In this document: positions 1 to 11,934 of the stretch, one piece after another
Layout of the letters: each line of letters begins with the position of its first letter
Position numbering within the stretch: the first letter of the stretch is position 1
Source of the DNA: Parasitella parasitica NRRL 2501
Lineage: Eukaryota; Fungi; Mucoromycota
Assembly: GCA_025201805.1 (NCBI GenBank)
Contig: MU619270.1
Location: 77,037-141,036 of the forward strand
DNA: 64,000 nucleotides
Direction: 5' to 3'
The notes under the pieces: generated by a model
Seen by the model: only the letters and a program-made list of their open reading frames with translations
Told to the model about the DNA's origin: nothing
The model's database searches: none
Position numbers and translations under genes: made by a program

Positions 1-1299
1 GTGCTCGTAGATTTCCAGTATTTTCAAAGATAAAGACTTGCTTGTTGCTTGATCTGCCATAATTATAGACTGGAGATCATGGCAATGCACTTCAATTGAA
101 GATTGAAGTTTGTCCAATGATGTGATGTGATACGCTTGTGTAAATTGGAGAATAAAGTCTCTGTTTCAAATCAAGAAGGTTATTCCTGTAAGTAACACAG
201 ATCTGAGCACCAGGATAAAGGTTAAAACACTGTCAGATCAAAGACGTGTAGTCCTTGTTTTATAACCTCATATCGTACCCCGTCAAGTAAATTGTCATTG
301 TGAATTAGTCTTGTCAATTAGTAATCTAAATAAGTCACCAGAAATTTATGTAGTTGTAAAAAGTATAAATACAGATGCAATTTCGATCTTAAATGAAGTA
401 TCTTTAAGTTTTCGTATCTCGTTAACATTTGATTTTTATTTTATCTTTTTTGATCCAACATTGCTTCTCGGTTTTGGTAAATTGACAGCCTTGATGAGAT
501 AACAAATGTGCGCAGTTGCTCGAGACCACCAGAATCGTAAGCCTAAAGCGAATTCCAGATGTCAGTATACCACTATGAATACGCTAGATCACCATAGTTA
601 CTGCTTTCAACCTTAATTTCAACTCTACCCACTCTTGGCTATTGTGAGCAGGGGGCAATGTCTTGTGGTTGAGAATAGCTTGAAAGTTTGTCACACCAAT
701 TGATTGTGCTAGATGAACTTGATATGATGTGCTAATCGTGTTTACGCAGCCAGATAACAGACAGCTAGATACAAGGCATTAGAATAGAACATTCAGGAAG
801 GAAGAAACATACATACTTCATAAAGGACTTCTCTAATGCTGACAGAGATTCAAATTGATTTATATAATCAATGCACATATTATATACAGTGCACAGTAGT
901 CCAGATGATTCCCGTCTCTTCTGCACAGTGATTGGGGGGGGGGATATCCTTCTTCTTGTACTATAAAATAATTGTGAGTGCCTTCTCACTTTAATTGATC
1001 AGTAATGAAACTCACTAGTTCATATACAATTGGGGATAAAGCTTTGATGAAAGAGCTTGATTCAACGGCCATCTCGTTTCTCTTCAAAGCAGGCTTAGGT
1101 GCAGGGGCAGGCTCAGAGGCAGAGGCAGAGGCAGAGGCAGGCTCAGCAGCATTCATAGCAGAGGACATAGTTGTTGGTGTACAATACACATTGTCTATGG
1201 AATTGGCGGTGATGTTGGTATTGTACTTGATGGGTGCTGATGATGTGGATGGCTTCTGGAAATAGCGAATGTTAGCGTTCAAACTGAGGCCTGAGTCAT

Positions 1300-2506
1300 A
1301 TGTCAATTATGAAACTGCAAGAAAATGGAAGACGGCATACAATAAAGACCCAGAAAAGAACATCCCTCTCAAAGAAAACAAATCGCACACCAAGTAGCAA
1401 ACCTGTAAGCAGGCTGAACGACCAGCACGAGGCACATTTGATCAACTACTTTGATGAGAATCCATCCGCGATCATAAAGGACGCAGTTGAAGATCTGATA
1501 CAGAGCTTTGAAGGTTTGGATATTAAGAAAAGCCGATTCGCTGAATTCATGAAAGAGGAATGCAACCTAAACATCAAAGTTGTTACTCGACATCCTGTAG
1601 CAAGAAACAGCAAAGCAACCCTGGAAGCCCGCGCCCAGTTTGTGAAGGAATGGATATAAGAAAAAGGCATGCTGTACATGCAAAATTGTGTATTTCTGGA
1701 TGAATCAGGCTTCGATATAAACATGCGCAGATCTAGGGCTTGGTCAGCGCGTGGCACGCAGGCAGTCATAGAATCACCATCTGCGAGGGCAGTGTCTCAT
1801 ACAGTCATTGGCGCCGTCTCTGCATTTGGCGGTGTAAATGTGAGCCCAAGAGATCCAGGAAATGTCAAAAAAAAGGTTATGGGTGCTAAGAAACGAAAAG
1901 CACCTGGAGACAATGGATCTGCTATACCAAAAGGAACTACATCTGGCCATTACCTTCAGTTCATCAGCGATACCTTAGACATTATGGATGGGTTCCCCAG
2001 CATGAAGGGTTTTCACATCGTTATGGACAATGCCCCAATTCATAGCCATGATATTGTTGATCCTGTAATTGTCGAGCGAAGATAAATACCTGTATATCTT
2101 CCACCTTTATTCCCCTGAGCTCAATCCCATTGAGATGTTTTGGAAAGTTCTGAAGGATAGAGTCAGAAGAGGCAAGCTAAATAACGTAGAAACCCTCACT
2201 TCAAGAATCATTGAAGGTAGTGAAGACGTTCCAGTCGAACATTTGCCAAATTTTATCCAGCATTCCATCGATTGCTTCCCTAAATGTTTGAATAAAGAAC
2301 CTTAGTAATTTATTTGACCAGAAATTGGTTAACTATTTCGTAAAATGTGGTCAATGAATCTTCTTAAAAGTGGTCAAATTAGCTTCAAACATCCGGCCAA
2401 ACTAGCTCCTATCTCTGGGCAATTTAGCCTCGCACAAATGCGCAAAATTTTACAAAAAAGTGGGCGGTGTTTTCAAAAAATCAGTAAATTGGGGATGGAA
2501 GCACTG
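1300..2506 (+). mobile_element. Degenerate, 5'-truncated IS630/Tc1/mariner (DD34E) element
   Basis: Three consecutive ORFs join into a transposase (CVFLDESGF...IVMDNAPIH...LPPYSPELNPIEMFW; 34 residues between D and E). In-frame TAA at 1657-1659 and 2083-2085, +1 T at ~2107. Right end ...GCACTG|TA at 2506; no matching left TIR found. Confidence 0.92.
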
Positions 2507-4298
2507 TATCAAATACAAGCAAGAGAATGAAAATAAGTAGTAGACGTACCTTTCTGCTACTCAACTCAAGAAATATAGGAAGAAGCACTTGATCAGTCTT
2601 TGTTTCTGACCATCCAAAGGCCTCCATCAGAAAGGTTCAAAGAGACCTAGTTGGGGCCGGCCGCAAACAACATTCTGCGCAGAATTGTCTGCATTAGGAT
2701 AATAATAGGCAGGCATAACGATACCATTTGGTAAATCTAATGTGTCATGTCTTTTTCTATATATTAAAGAATAATATTAACTTCTTGTTAACACAATATC
2801 ATGCGTTCAGAAGATATACTAATTTAAAATCCTGGGATCAGAATCATGCACTGTGCGCCTGATATAAATTTTACGATACCTTCGCAATTTGTTTATAGAT
2901 CAAGCCTCAAATGTTCACGCCTGGGACATCAAATGTCAATCATGTCAGCCATCGGAAGAAGCAGTGAAAATAGGCAAACTTATATTATAATTTGTTCACA
3001 AAAAGTAGCTTTGTAAAATAATATTCTTTGGGATGAACAATCTTAACCTGTTGGTAATCTCGTTTAGTCCGTCAATAACGCTATACCTGATATAGCAAAC
3101 ATCACATCTGCTCAGAGCAAGATGTACCAACTGCTACAATCATATAATACATCGTCAAGGGGCCGATATCCGAACGTAAATGAAAAGAGAGTCAGACGGG
3201 CGGCGAAAAAAAGCATATCGCATTATCGCGAACCTAATAAATGAAGTGCAATCACGACAATATACATCAAGAGCAGAGTTGGTGGCATGTAAGAGCCATG
3301 TAAACAAACAAAGTTTACCTTTTGCTTTCAGAAGATGACAATAGGTTATTGAAGCCAAATCAGAAAATCCGCCTATGTAAAATGTGCAATCTGGGTACAT
3401 CGTCAAGCAGTCAATGTTTGAATGTGTTAGTTTCGCGTGAGCTGTAGCAGTTACAATCGTTAATACGCATAATTGTGTTTTCTTATATTTAAACACTTGT
3501 AATGCAAGTGATTTTAAAAAAGGCAATACTGCTCATTTCCAAACACAACTGGACAAGCTATGAAATTAAGCGACCGTCCGCAGTTTACATAAACCGTTGC
3601 TTTTCATACTGCGAATTCTGCTAAAAAGACCTAAATACTTGAGACACAGCATTGATTTTTCACGTTGACGCTTTACTTCAGCAAGCAAATTCTCAGAAGT
3701 TCTGATCGTTATAAGCTTATTCAGCTTATTTTAGGCAATTCTAAAGAATTATGATGGATAAGTGGCCTATGCATTGTCATTCTTATGTAATCTGGTAACT
3801 TTCATCCATTAGATTCCTTATTCGTAAAAATTGATGTTATTTTCGGTTGTTTCAGAGCATGCTGAAGTCAACAAAATTCTCGATTAGTAGCAAAAATAAA
3901 ATTAATGAGATGTGTGATAAAATTTTCAGGTTAATTAAAAGTAGTAGCACAGATTCAATCAACAAACACTTTTTGCACCGCTACCAGCAACTAAAGTAAT
4001 AGTTTGTTTATATCTTTTGGATGACTACACATCCATTTCCTCAATATTTAAATGGCCATTACTGTTGGCAGGAGAGTTGCAATCGGTCAACCTCTGTTAC
4101 TGGCATAGCAGTATCATTGCTGAAGCTCAGAAGAAGGAACCGTGACTTTTTGCTAATGATTGCAATGAATTAGAACCAATCAAGACACCACAACAACCTG
4201 TGGAACGATCATCTAAGTGGTTGGAGGAAACCATTTGTGTCGCGCCTGATAACATTACATATTTTCAACTTCTTCTACCCTCCAACCCACAAAACAAA

Positions 4299-4891
4299 AT
4301 GGTAAATTAGATGAAGCTTCTCACAGAAAAATGGAAAAAAAGTAATTTAATCACCAAGTATTATACTTTAGCAAGCCGATTCATCAACTCCCAAGGGCAC
4401 TATCAGGTAAATTTGAACGTTTTCATTCTGGTTTGGGTGGGGATACTTTTTCGGATTCAAACTTTTTGATGTGTTATGTCAATTATCAAAGTGATACTGG
4501 ATATTTTGATACAACTTGGCATTCAGCAACAAAATTTTGGGATATATCTGTGCAAAGAGGAAGAGTAGGGTAGAACCATAAAGACATGGGATTTTCTAAC
4601 CAGTATTTATTCAAATAGAAAGCGTGTTACCTCTCGTAGCAATAATAACAATGCTTCTCGTGGAGGTATTCCTGGTGGAAGTACATCCAGCATGATGCGT
4701 ATCTACTCTGATGATTCTCCTGGACTTCGCGTGTAAGTTGCTAAACATGTTATAGTAGCCTTTAAATTGTCTAAATTTGTACGTTTGGTTATTTTGATGA
4801 ATTTAGTGATCCCGTTGTTGTCTTGGTTCTTTCATTGACCTTTATCGCATCTGTGTTTGGTCTTCACATTGTTGGTAGATTTTTGGCTTAA
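4299..4891 (+). CDS. SBH1: Protein translocon subunit Sec61 beta (4 exons)
   Basis: Manual splice 4299-4301, 4372-4406, 4619-4732, 4807-4891 gives MQADSSTPKGTIRKRVTSR...[53 protein letters not shown] plus a tail anchor is the family signature. The first two exons are less certain. Confidence 0.92.
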
Positions 4892-5319
4892 AATTTGTAT
4901 AAAATCACATCATTTATAAAATATATATACACTCATACACATTTTCAAAATGTTATAAAATCACACCAACCCTTCCTTATTTTTTTACCAATAAAAATTA
5001 AATAAGTTGCTTTACACCCAATTACACCTGCCGTGTCATGGTGATAATAGCTTGGTTCCAATGGAAAAATAGAACACACCAAGTTCCAGGTTTGGAAACC
5101 TTTGATAGCTTTTAATTCGCTTTATTTTCATATCCAATTCGAGCAGAAAAAAAAATAAAAAAACTTTAATCCAGAGAGAACAAACGAACAATGAATCTAA
5201 ACTTCAATTTGATGAATCACAGCAAATGTTTGTCTTTTGCAATATGACTCTGTTAGCACAAGTATGCAATGTGGCCTTTCTCTTTGTCTTCGGTACATCA
5301 ATTCTGTGAACATGTATAA

Positions 5320-5329
5320 NNNNNNNNNN
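5320..5329. other. Assembly gap (10 N) next to a poly-A tract
   Basis: Run of n in the sequence. Confidence 1.
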
Positions 5330-5706
5330 AAAAAAAAAAAAAAAAAAAAAAAAGAGGCATGAAATGTAACAAAAGATGGCATGATAGATAATTGGAAAAT
5401 AGATCATCACCAGTGGAGATCACAGAAATCGAGTAGCAAAAATAATGGTTCTCTAAATCAAGGAAATCTCCCTCTAATTTTTCATCGCCGGTTTAACCAT
5501 TAGTAGGCGACCAGTACACAGAAAACTTTCAGCAACCTTCCCATCACCCCATTAAAAAAAAAAAAAGAAGAAAAAAGAAAAAAAGTGCCATATAAAAACG
5601 ATGCATTATTTGTTTTGCAGTTTCGCTTCCTTTCTGCCTCTTTATCTGTGGAATATTTTTTTTTATTTTGTGCACCTTTTTCATCCATTACAACAGAGTA
5701 TAAATA

Positions 5707-8111
5707 ATGACCACCGTCCAAAGAGATGTCTACAACCCTCTTCTTTTCGAAATTGCCTGGGAAGTCGCTAACAAAGGTAAGAAGACCAGAAAAATCTAGT
5801 TCTCGGGTGTTTTTACTGACGCTTTAGTTTTTTCTAGTTGGTGGTATCTACACAGTTATCAAGACCAAGGTTCCTGTCACCGTACGTGAATTTGGAGATC
5901 GTTATACGTTAATTGGTCCTTTATCTTACAAGAGTGCCCCCATGGAGGTTGAAGCCTGTGAGCCTGCCAATGAAAAAATCAAGCAAGTGCTTGATTCCAT
6001 GTCTCAACACGGTATTAAGTATCTCTACGGTCGTTGGTTAGTCGAAGGATCCCCCTATGTGCTCTTGTTTGATACTGGTAGTGCCTCTTACAAATTGGAT
6101 GAATGGAAGGGAGATCTTTGGCGTTCTGCCGGCATTCCGTCTCCTCCAAATGATACTGAAACTAACGATGCTATTCTCTTTGGCTATCTGGTAACTTGGT
6201 TTTTGGGAGATCTCACACCAAAGGTAAATATTGGAAAATCTTGGATATCAAAAGTGTGCAACGTGGAGTTTTATTTTACTGTACTAGAGAGAGATCGTAA
6301 TGATGATATGATGAGGGTGGAGAATAAAAGGAAAAAAAAATCACCATTGCTAAACAGTGTCTTGTAGTATAACAAAGCTGGAGACCCGGCTATCATTTGC
6401 CATTTCCACGAATGGTTAGCTGGTGTAGCTGTTCCTTTGATTAAAAAGCGTCATCTTGACGTCTGCACCATCTTTACTACTCATGCTACACTGCTGGGCC
6501 GTTACCTATGCGCTGGGTCTGTTGATTTTTATAATAACCTCGCCAAATTTGATGTTGATGAAGAGGCCGGTAAGCGTGGTATCTATCATCGTTATTGTAT
6601 TGAACGAGGTGCGGCTCATTGCTCCGATGTCTTTACAACTGTATCCCACATTACAGCCTACGAATCTGAACATCTATTGAAGCGCAAGCCTGGTATGTAA
6701 CTGAATGTATAACACTAGGTATTATGACTTGCTAACACCTTTTTTTTTCCCTTGATTCAGATGGTGTGTTACCTAATGGTTTAAATGTTGTTAAATTTTC
6801 TGCCATGCATGAATTCCAAAATCTCCATGCCTTGTCCAAGGAAAAGATCAATGACTTTGTTCGTGGTCATTTTTACGGCCATTATGACTTTGATCTCGAC
6901 AACACCATTTACATTTTCACTGCTGGTCGCTATGAATATCGCAATAAAGGTGTGGATATGTTTGTTGAATCACTTGCTCGTAAGTTTTTTTTTTAGTGTT
7001 TTTTTTAAAGCGGAAACTAACCCAATTTAAATCAGGTTTGAACCACCGTCTCAAGACTTCTGGCTCAAAAATGACAGTTGTTGCCTTCCTCATCATGCCC
7101 GCCGCCACCCATTCATTCAACGTCGAGGCGTTGAAGGGCCAAGCTGTTACTCGTCAATTGCGCACTACTGTAAGTGAAATCCAAGATCGTGTCGGCAAAG
7201 CCATATATGAGAATGCCCTTCGTCTGGAAGACATCAATCCTAGCAACTTCCTTTCCGATGCTGACAAGGTTCTTTTGAAACGCCGTGTGTTTGCTCTTAA
7301 GCGCACCACACTTCCTCCTATTGTCACTCACAACATTGTCGAAGATTCCAAGGACCCCGTCTTGAATCAGCTTCGTCGTCTTAACCTGTTCAATAAGTCT
7401 GATGATCGTGTGAAGATTGTATTCCACCCTGAATTTTTGAACGCAAACAACCCATTGATTGGCATGGATTATGAAGAGTTTGTTCGTGGTTGTCATCTGG
7501 GTGTTTTTCCTTCTTACTATGAGCCGTGGGGCTACACACCAGCTGAGTGTACCGTAATGGGCGTTCCTTCTATCACTACTAATCTTTCTGGTTTTGGCTG
7601 TTTTATGGAAGAGAATATCGAGAACTGTGACGATTATGGTATTTACATTGCTGATCGACGTATGAAGTCTGTCGAGGACTCTATTCAACAATTGTGTGAT
7701 CAAATGTATCAATTTGTACAAAAGACTCGTCGTCAACGTATCAATCAACGTAACCGTACTGAACGTTTATCTGATCTTCTCGACTGGAAGCGTATGGGTC
7801 TGGAATACATTAAAGCTCGTCAACTTGCTCTCCGTCGCGCTTATCCTGACAGTTTCATTGACGACGATGAAGAAGAGCTATTGTCTGATGCACCTGTTAA
7901 AATCCCCAAGCCTTTGTCTGCTCCTGCCTCTCCTCGCATCAAGATGGAAGTCAACAACATGTTCAATGACGACGAAGAAGAAGAAGATTTCTTATTTCCT
8001 GCTCTTCGCAAGAAGAATCAGGTTCAAACAAGAGAACAAGAACTCTTGAGCGAAGGTGACATTGAAGCATTTAACAAGTTAACGCTCGAAAACAAGGAAA
8101 CCCATCATTAA
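5707..8111 (+). CDS. GSY: Glycogen synthase (GT3), 5 exons
   Basis: [62 protein letters not shown] and the C-terminal PLSAPASPR phospho-site. GT-AG introns at about 5777-5837, 6224-6367, 6693-6760 and 6979-7035. Confidence 0.98.
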
Positions 8112-8121
8112 AAGCATTAGC

Positions 8122-8125
<4 letters not shown>

Positions 8126-8152
<27 letters not shown>
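8126..8152. repeat. (TA)n microsatellite in the glycogen synthase 3' region
   Basis: About 13 TA units seen directly. Confidence 0.9.
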
Positions 8153-8158
<6 letters not shown>

Positions 8159-8700
8159 ACCCTCCTATTTTCCAAAAAAAAAAAAAAAAAACCTCATTTT
8201 CCATGTATTCCTTTTTTCACAGTTCATTATCTTGTTCCTTTCTAGACCCATATATAAATAACCACTTGATTTGTCTCTAATTATACAGTAAGACGACTTG
8301 TTTGAAATATTGCGAATGTTTTACTTTAATGAAACAACTCTAGGCTATAATGATTCGAAACAGAGATTTCAATCATATAGTCGTCAATGATTCAATAATT
8401 TGAGAATTTTGTACGCCTAAAAACGAAAGAACCAAGTTAGATCTTGCAAGATTGGCACAAATGTTACACTTGAATTCCAAAATTAGCGAATCCAAAAGGA
8501 CGTTGTGCAATTTGAACTGTTAGTTTTTTACGCAACAAACAATAGCCTTTGATATACAGATTAAATCGCGAAAACAGGGACTAAAGAGATCGACGAAGAT
8601 TATAAATGCATTCTTTTTCCAAAACGTTGATGTGCTTGAGGAACAATTCACCGGAAAAATATCACAGTGATTCGATTATATAATTATTTCTGTATCATAC

Positions 8701-9238
8701 ATGAAAGCTTGCAATGAATTAGCTTCGTTGGTCATTGTAAGTTTGATTTTACTTTCTATTTTGTCAGGAAGGTAAATTATTAACCTGAAAAAAAAAATTC
8801 AATACTAGTCGCAGGAATAACAGATACTCTTCTAAAAAATATGTTGTCCTAGTGCAATGGAAATTTTGTCAAAACATTCAGATTACACCTGTCCAAGTAA
8901 GTCAGTAGCTGATCTTCCCTAACTAAATTTAAAGCACCTCCTCTACTAGGCGGGTAAACATTTTGCATTCGATTAGTATTCAACCATCAGTAGCCAACTA
9001 CTTCAATAATTGGCCAGACAAGAGACTCAAAAGACACTTTTGGAAGGACCATGATCTGACGCTCCCATCTCATACTTATCACCAAAAGGATGTTGATCCA
9101 ATTCGACACATCCCATGGTCGGCTGTGCATGTATACAATTCTCTCAGACCACTGTCTGCATACCTCAATTCATAGACGTACAACGGCTCTCGTCTTTATT
9201 TTACACTAATATCAGACATCGCTGCTTGCTTTATGTAA
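8701..9238 (+). CDS. Possible small multi-exon hypothetical gene
   Basis: Good splice signals (gtaagt at 8897, ctactag ending 8949, gtatac...catag at 9131-9175) join open frames: CNGNFVKTFRLHLSKRVNILHS...IRHIPWSAVHTYNGSRLYFTLISDIAACFM*. The 5' end is uncertain and I recognise no family. Confidence 0.35.
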
Positions 9239-9433
9239 ACGGCCCTCTAATACCAAACAAACTTTAAGCTTGAGCTTACAAATGATAAAATGATGCTTTT
9301 ATGCTTCAATTAATTAAGAATATAAAATTAACATTATTGTACATACAAAAGGGGGCTTTTTTTTTCGAGAGAGAACCTAGTTTTGTTTTCTAGCAATAAA
9401 GGATTAGATTTGATTCTAAAAAAAATTTATTAT

Positions 9434-10616
9434 TCAGGATCGTTCTTTTCTCCATTGAACAAATTCATCAAATAAAACCGGCCCTACATAAACAAGTAAA
9501 TAGCTGGTATCATAACTCCTTTGACTATTAAAACCTACATGCAGAGGATTCATCGTATTTTGATACATCCGTTGAAGCAAACTCTAAAAAGCTTTGCCAT
9601 TGGTCTCTATTTATCACTCTAACGGGTTTCTTTTCTTGCAAAAATAATACAAAATCGTGAACAATAGGATATTTTTCGCCTAATAACATTGTCCAAAGCA
9701 CCGATGCAGTCTATTGAGCTGATTAGTCGCACTGTATAATTGAATAACAGTTTTTTGCTGGTAATATGTACCTCAATATCCATGCATTTTTGGTCTCTAT
9801 TCTTTGCATAAGAAAATGTATACTTGTACATTTCTTTAAATTGGTCCGGGTCATCAAACGTATTTTCGAAATCCAATCTCTTTGCTCTTAATTTCTCCAT
9901 TGTATCCGTTCTATCATGTAAAATGTTGATTTTCTTAAAAGATCCTTTCTCTCTCAATTAGTTCATGATATACAAACTCTAATTCTTTCATGCCCAGCAT
10001 CCATTCGTCTTTTGTTATATAGCCTGCAATATATATGGATGTTTTAAGAATCACTTAGTTACACTCATACAACCAACTGGAGCATTTGAGCAAACGTACC
10101 CATAGTAGATGTATGCATTTTCCATGCAATCGCAAATATCAGAACCTGGATTCCTAATTAGTACTCTTTTCAGTGTGTAATCTTTCTTACTTTTCCCCTA
10201 CATCTTCAATGGATAACCCTAAATCTTCAAAAAATCGTCTCGTTCCGTCTGGTGTAATTATATTCGGTGAGTCCTGATCAGCGTATTGTTGAAACAGTTG
10301 TTCACATTGCTGTGTATTGAACTTAGGGAAGGGGTTATTCTCTGTAATAAATTCCTGCTTTTTGATATTAATGGATTACCTTGGGACTTGAGACAGCAAA
10401 AGGGATTAGCAACAAAATATTCAAATTGTACACAATTACATACATGAATACTTGGGCAGGTGTTGGAATGGTCAGTGTATTACTTGGCCATGATGGTTCT
10501 TGTACTGGTGTCTTTAAACTCTCTAACTGGTTGCTATGATGAGATGCTTGGGTATTTGAGTGCTTACGCTTAGTTGTATTATATGCTGCTGCTGTGCTAC
10601 TTGGCTTTGAACCCAT
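9434..10616 (-). CDS. DCN1-like (PONY/cullin-binding) neddylation E3, multi-exon
   Basis: Exons encode ITPDGTRRFFEDLGL, LIFAIAWKM, FKEMYKYTFSYAK..DQKCMDIE, VINRDQWQSFLEF and YDESSAWPVLFDEFVQW. No N-terminal UBA domain is evident. Confidence 0.9.
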
Positions 10617-11313
10617 AGTAAAACTAGAAATGCTTCTTATTTTCTTTTATCAAATTGGTTGTTTTGTTCAGATAACTGTACACGAGCTTATTACTATAAT
10701 AAAGAAAATAATAAATGGACGAGGAAAAAAAAAAGTGAGAAAACATAACATTCAAATATTTCCATATTTGACTACCAGTCTTGGTTACTGAAATAGGTTG
10801 CTTCTAATTGGGAGCGTTCGTAGATATTCTCAAAGACATCACATGTGGTACAAGTACTATCAACGTTTTGCTTGCAAATTATCAAACTACAGAAGAAGTT
10901 ACTTGAACAGTTGCAACTATCGATATCATTACCTTGCAAAGTGTTTGAAACTTGGACATTGGTTGGGGCTGATTGAGGGATATGGCCTTCGCATCAAAGA
11001 TATAATCGCTGTATATCTACTTTGGCTGCTGCTTTCATAGCGAAAACGCGGGATTCAACTTTGTTTCTGGTATTATTTTAATCAAGCAAAGGCAATCAGC
11101 ATGCTATGTATATCCTGCGAAATGATATCAATGTGTACATAGATAGAAGGATACTCTTTGAAAACAATAATATTACGTCATTGGCAATAGAGAGCTCTAC
11201 AAACAGCGAATTGTGTTCAAAATGTGCGACAGGCTTCAAACAAAAACATGTAGTGCACAAAAAGCAGCTCAGATACTCATTCTTTCTTATTTCCGTGGAG
11301 AAGTCGAGGAAAT

Positions 11314-11934
11314 ATGCCCGAATACCTCAAACTCTCTTTATTTCTCATTCTATTCTACGGCCCATTCATATTCTTCCTATTGATACCAAATAACTCATTC
11401 TTCGCACAATTGACAAAAAAACAAGTGCATTATGAATTCTGCTCACGTTTGCCTGTCGTATTTTCTCAGCACAAGAAGATATTTGGGTGCAAAACGCCCA
11501 GCATGACAGTTGCCATTGTCAAGCCTGATGGCATGGCGCATCAGCGAGACATACTATCGCATATTCAAGAACATGGATTCATCATTAAACATGACTCAAC
11601 TTTAAACGCTTCCACAGATCAAATTAGAGAATGGTATTTTGATAAGCAAGATGCATCCTACTACCCACAGCTGGAAAGATATTTAACACGCAGTGAGATA
11701 AGGGTGTTGCAGCTATGGAGGGTGGAAGCCGTACCCTGCTTGCGCCAGCTAATTGGACCCACTGACTCTAAAACAGCACGTCAGTTGTACCCTAAATCCT
11801 TGAGGGCATTGTATGGTACAGACATCCAGGAAAATGCGATTCATGCAAGTGATTCGGAGGAGTCAGCTGAGAGAGAGTTCGCTATATTCTTTGGGGGTCA
11901 AGCTGCAGTTGTGAATACAAGACGTTTCGATTAG
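11314..11934 (+). CDS. Nucleoside diphosphate kinase family protein (group II-like) with N-terminal hydrophobic segment
   Basis: TVAIVKPDG, LRQLIGPTD, SLRALYGTD, NAIHASDS (catalytic His) and AEREFAIFF. Intronless. Confidence 0.9.
   Translation: MPEYLKLSLFLILFYGPFIFFLLIPNNSFFAQLTKKQVHYEFCSRLPVVFSQHKKIFGCKTPSMTVAIVKPDGMAHQRDILSHIQEHGFIIKHDSTLNASTDQIREWYFDKQDASYYPQLERYLTRSEIRVLQLWRVEAVPCLRQLIGPTDSKTARQLYPKSLRALYGTDIQENAIHASDSEESAEREFAIFFGGQAAVVNTRRFD

Noticed and set aside
1-750. Coding-like minus-strand remnants
   Set aside because: Too degraded to assign a family without a search.
885-900. TACAGTGC as the left TIR of the first Tc1 element
   Set aside because: It matches the right end for only 8 nt (expected TACAGTGCTTCCATCCCC) and has no phased array.
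2672-2685. 14-bp palindrome ATTCTGCGCAGAAT
   Set aside because: Isolated; a palindrome of this length can occur by chance in 64 kb.
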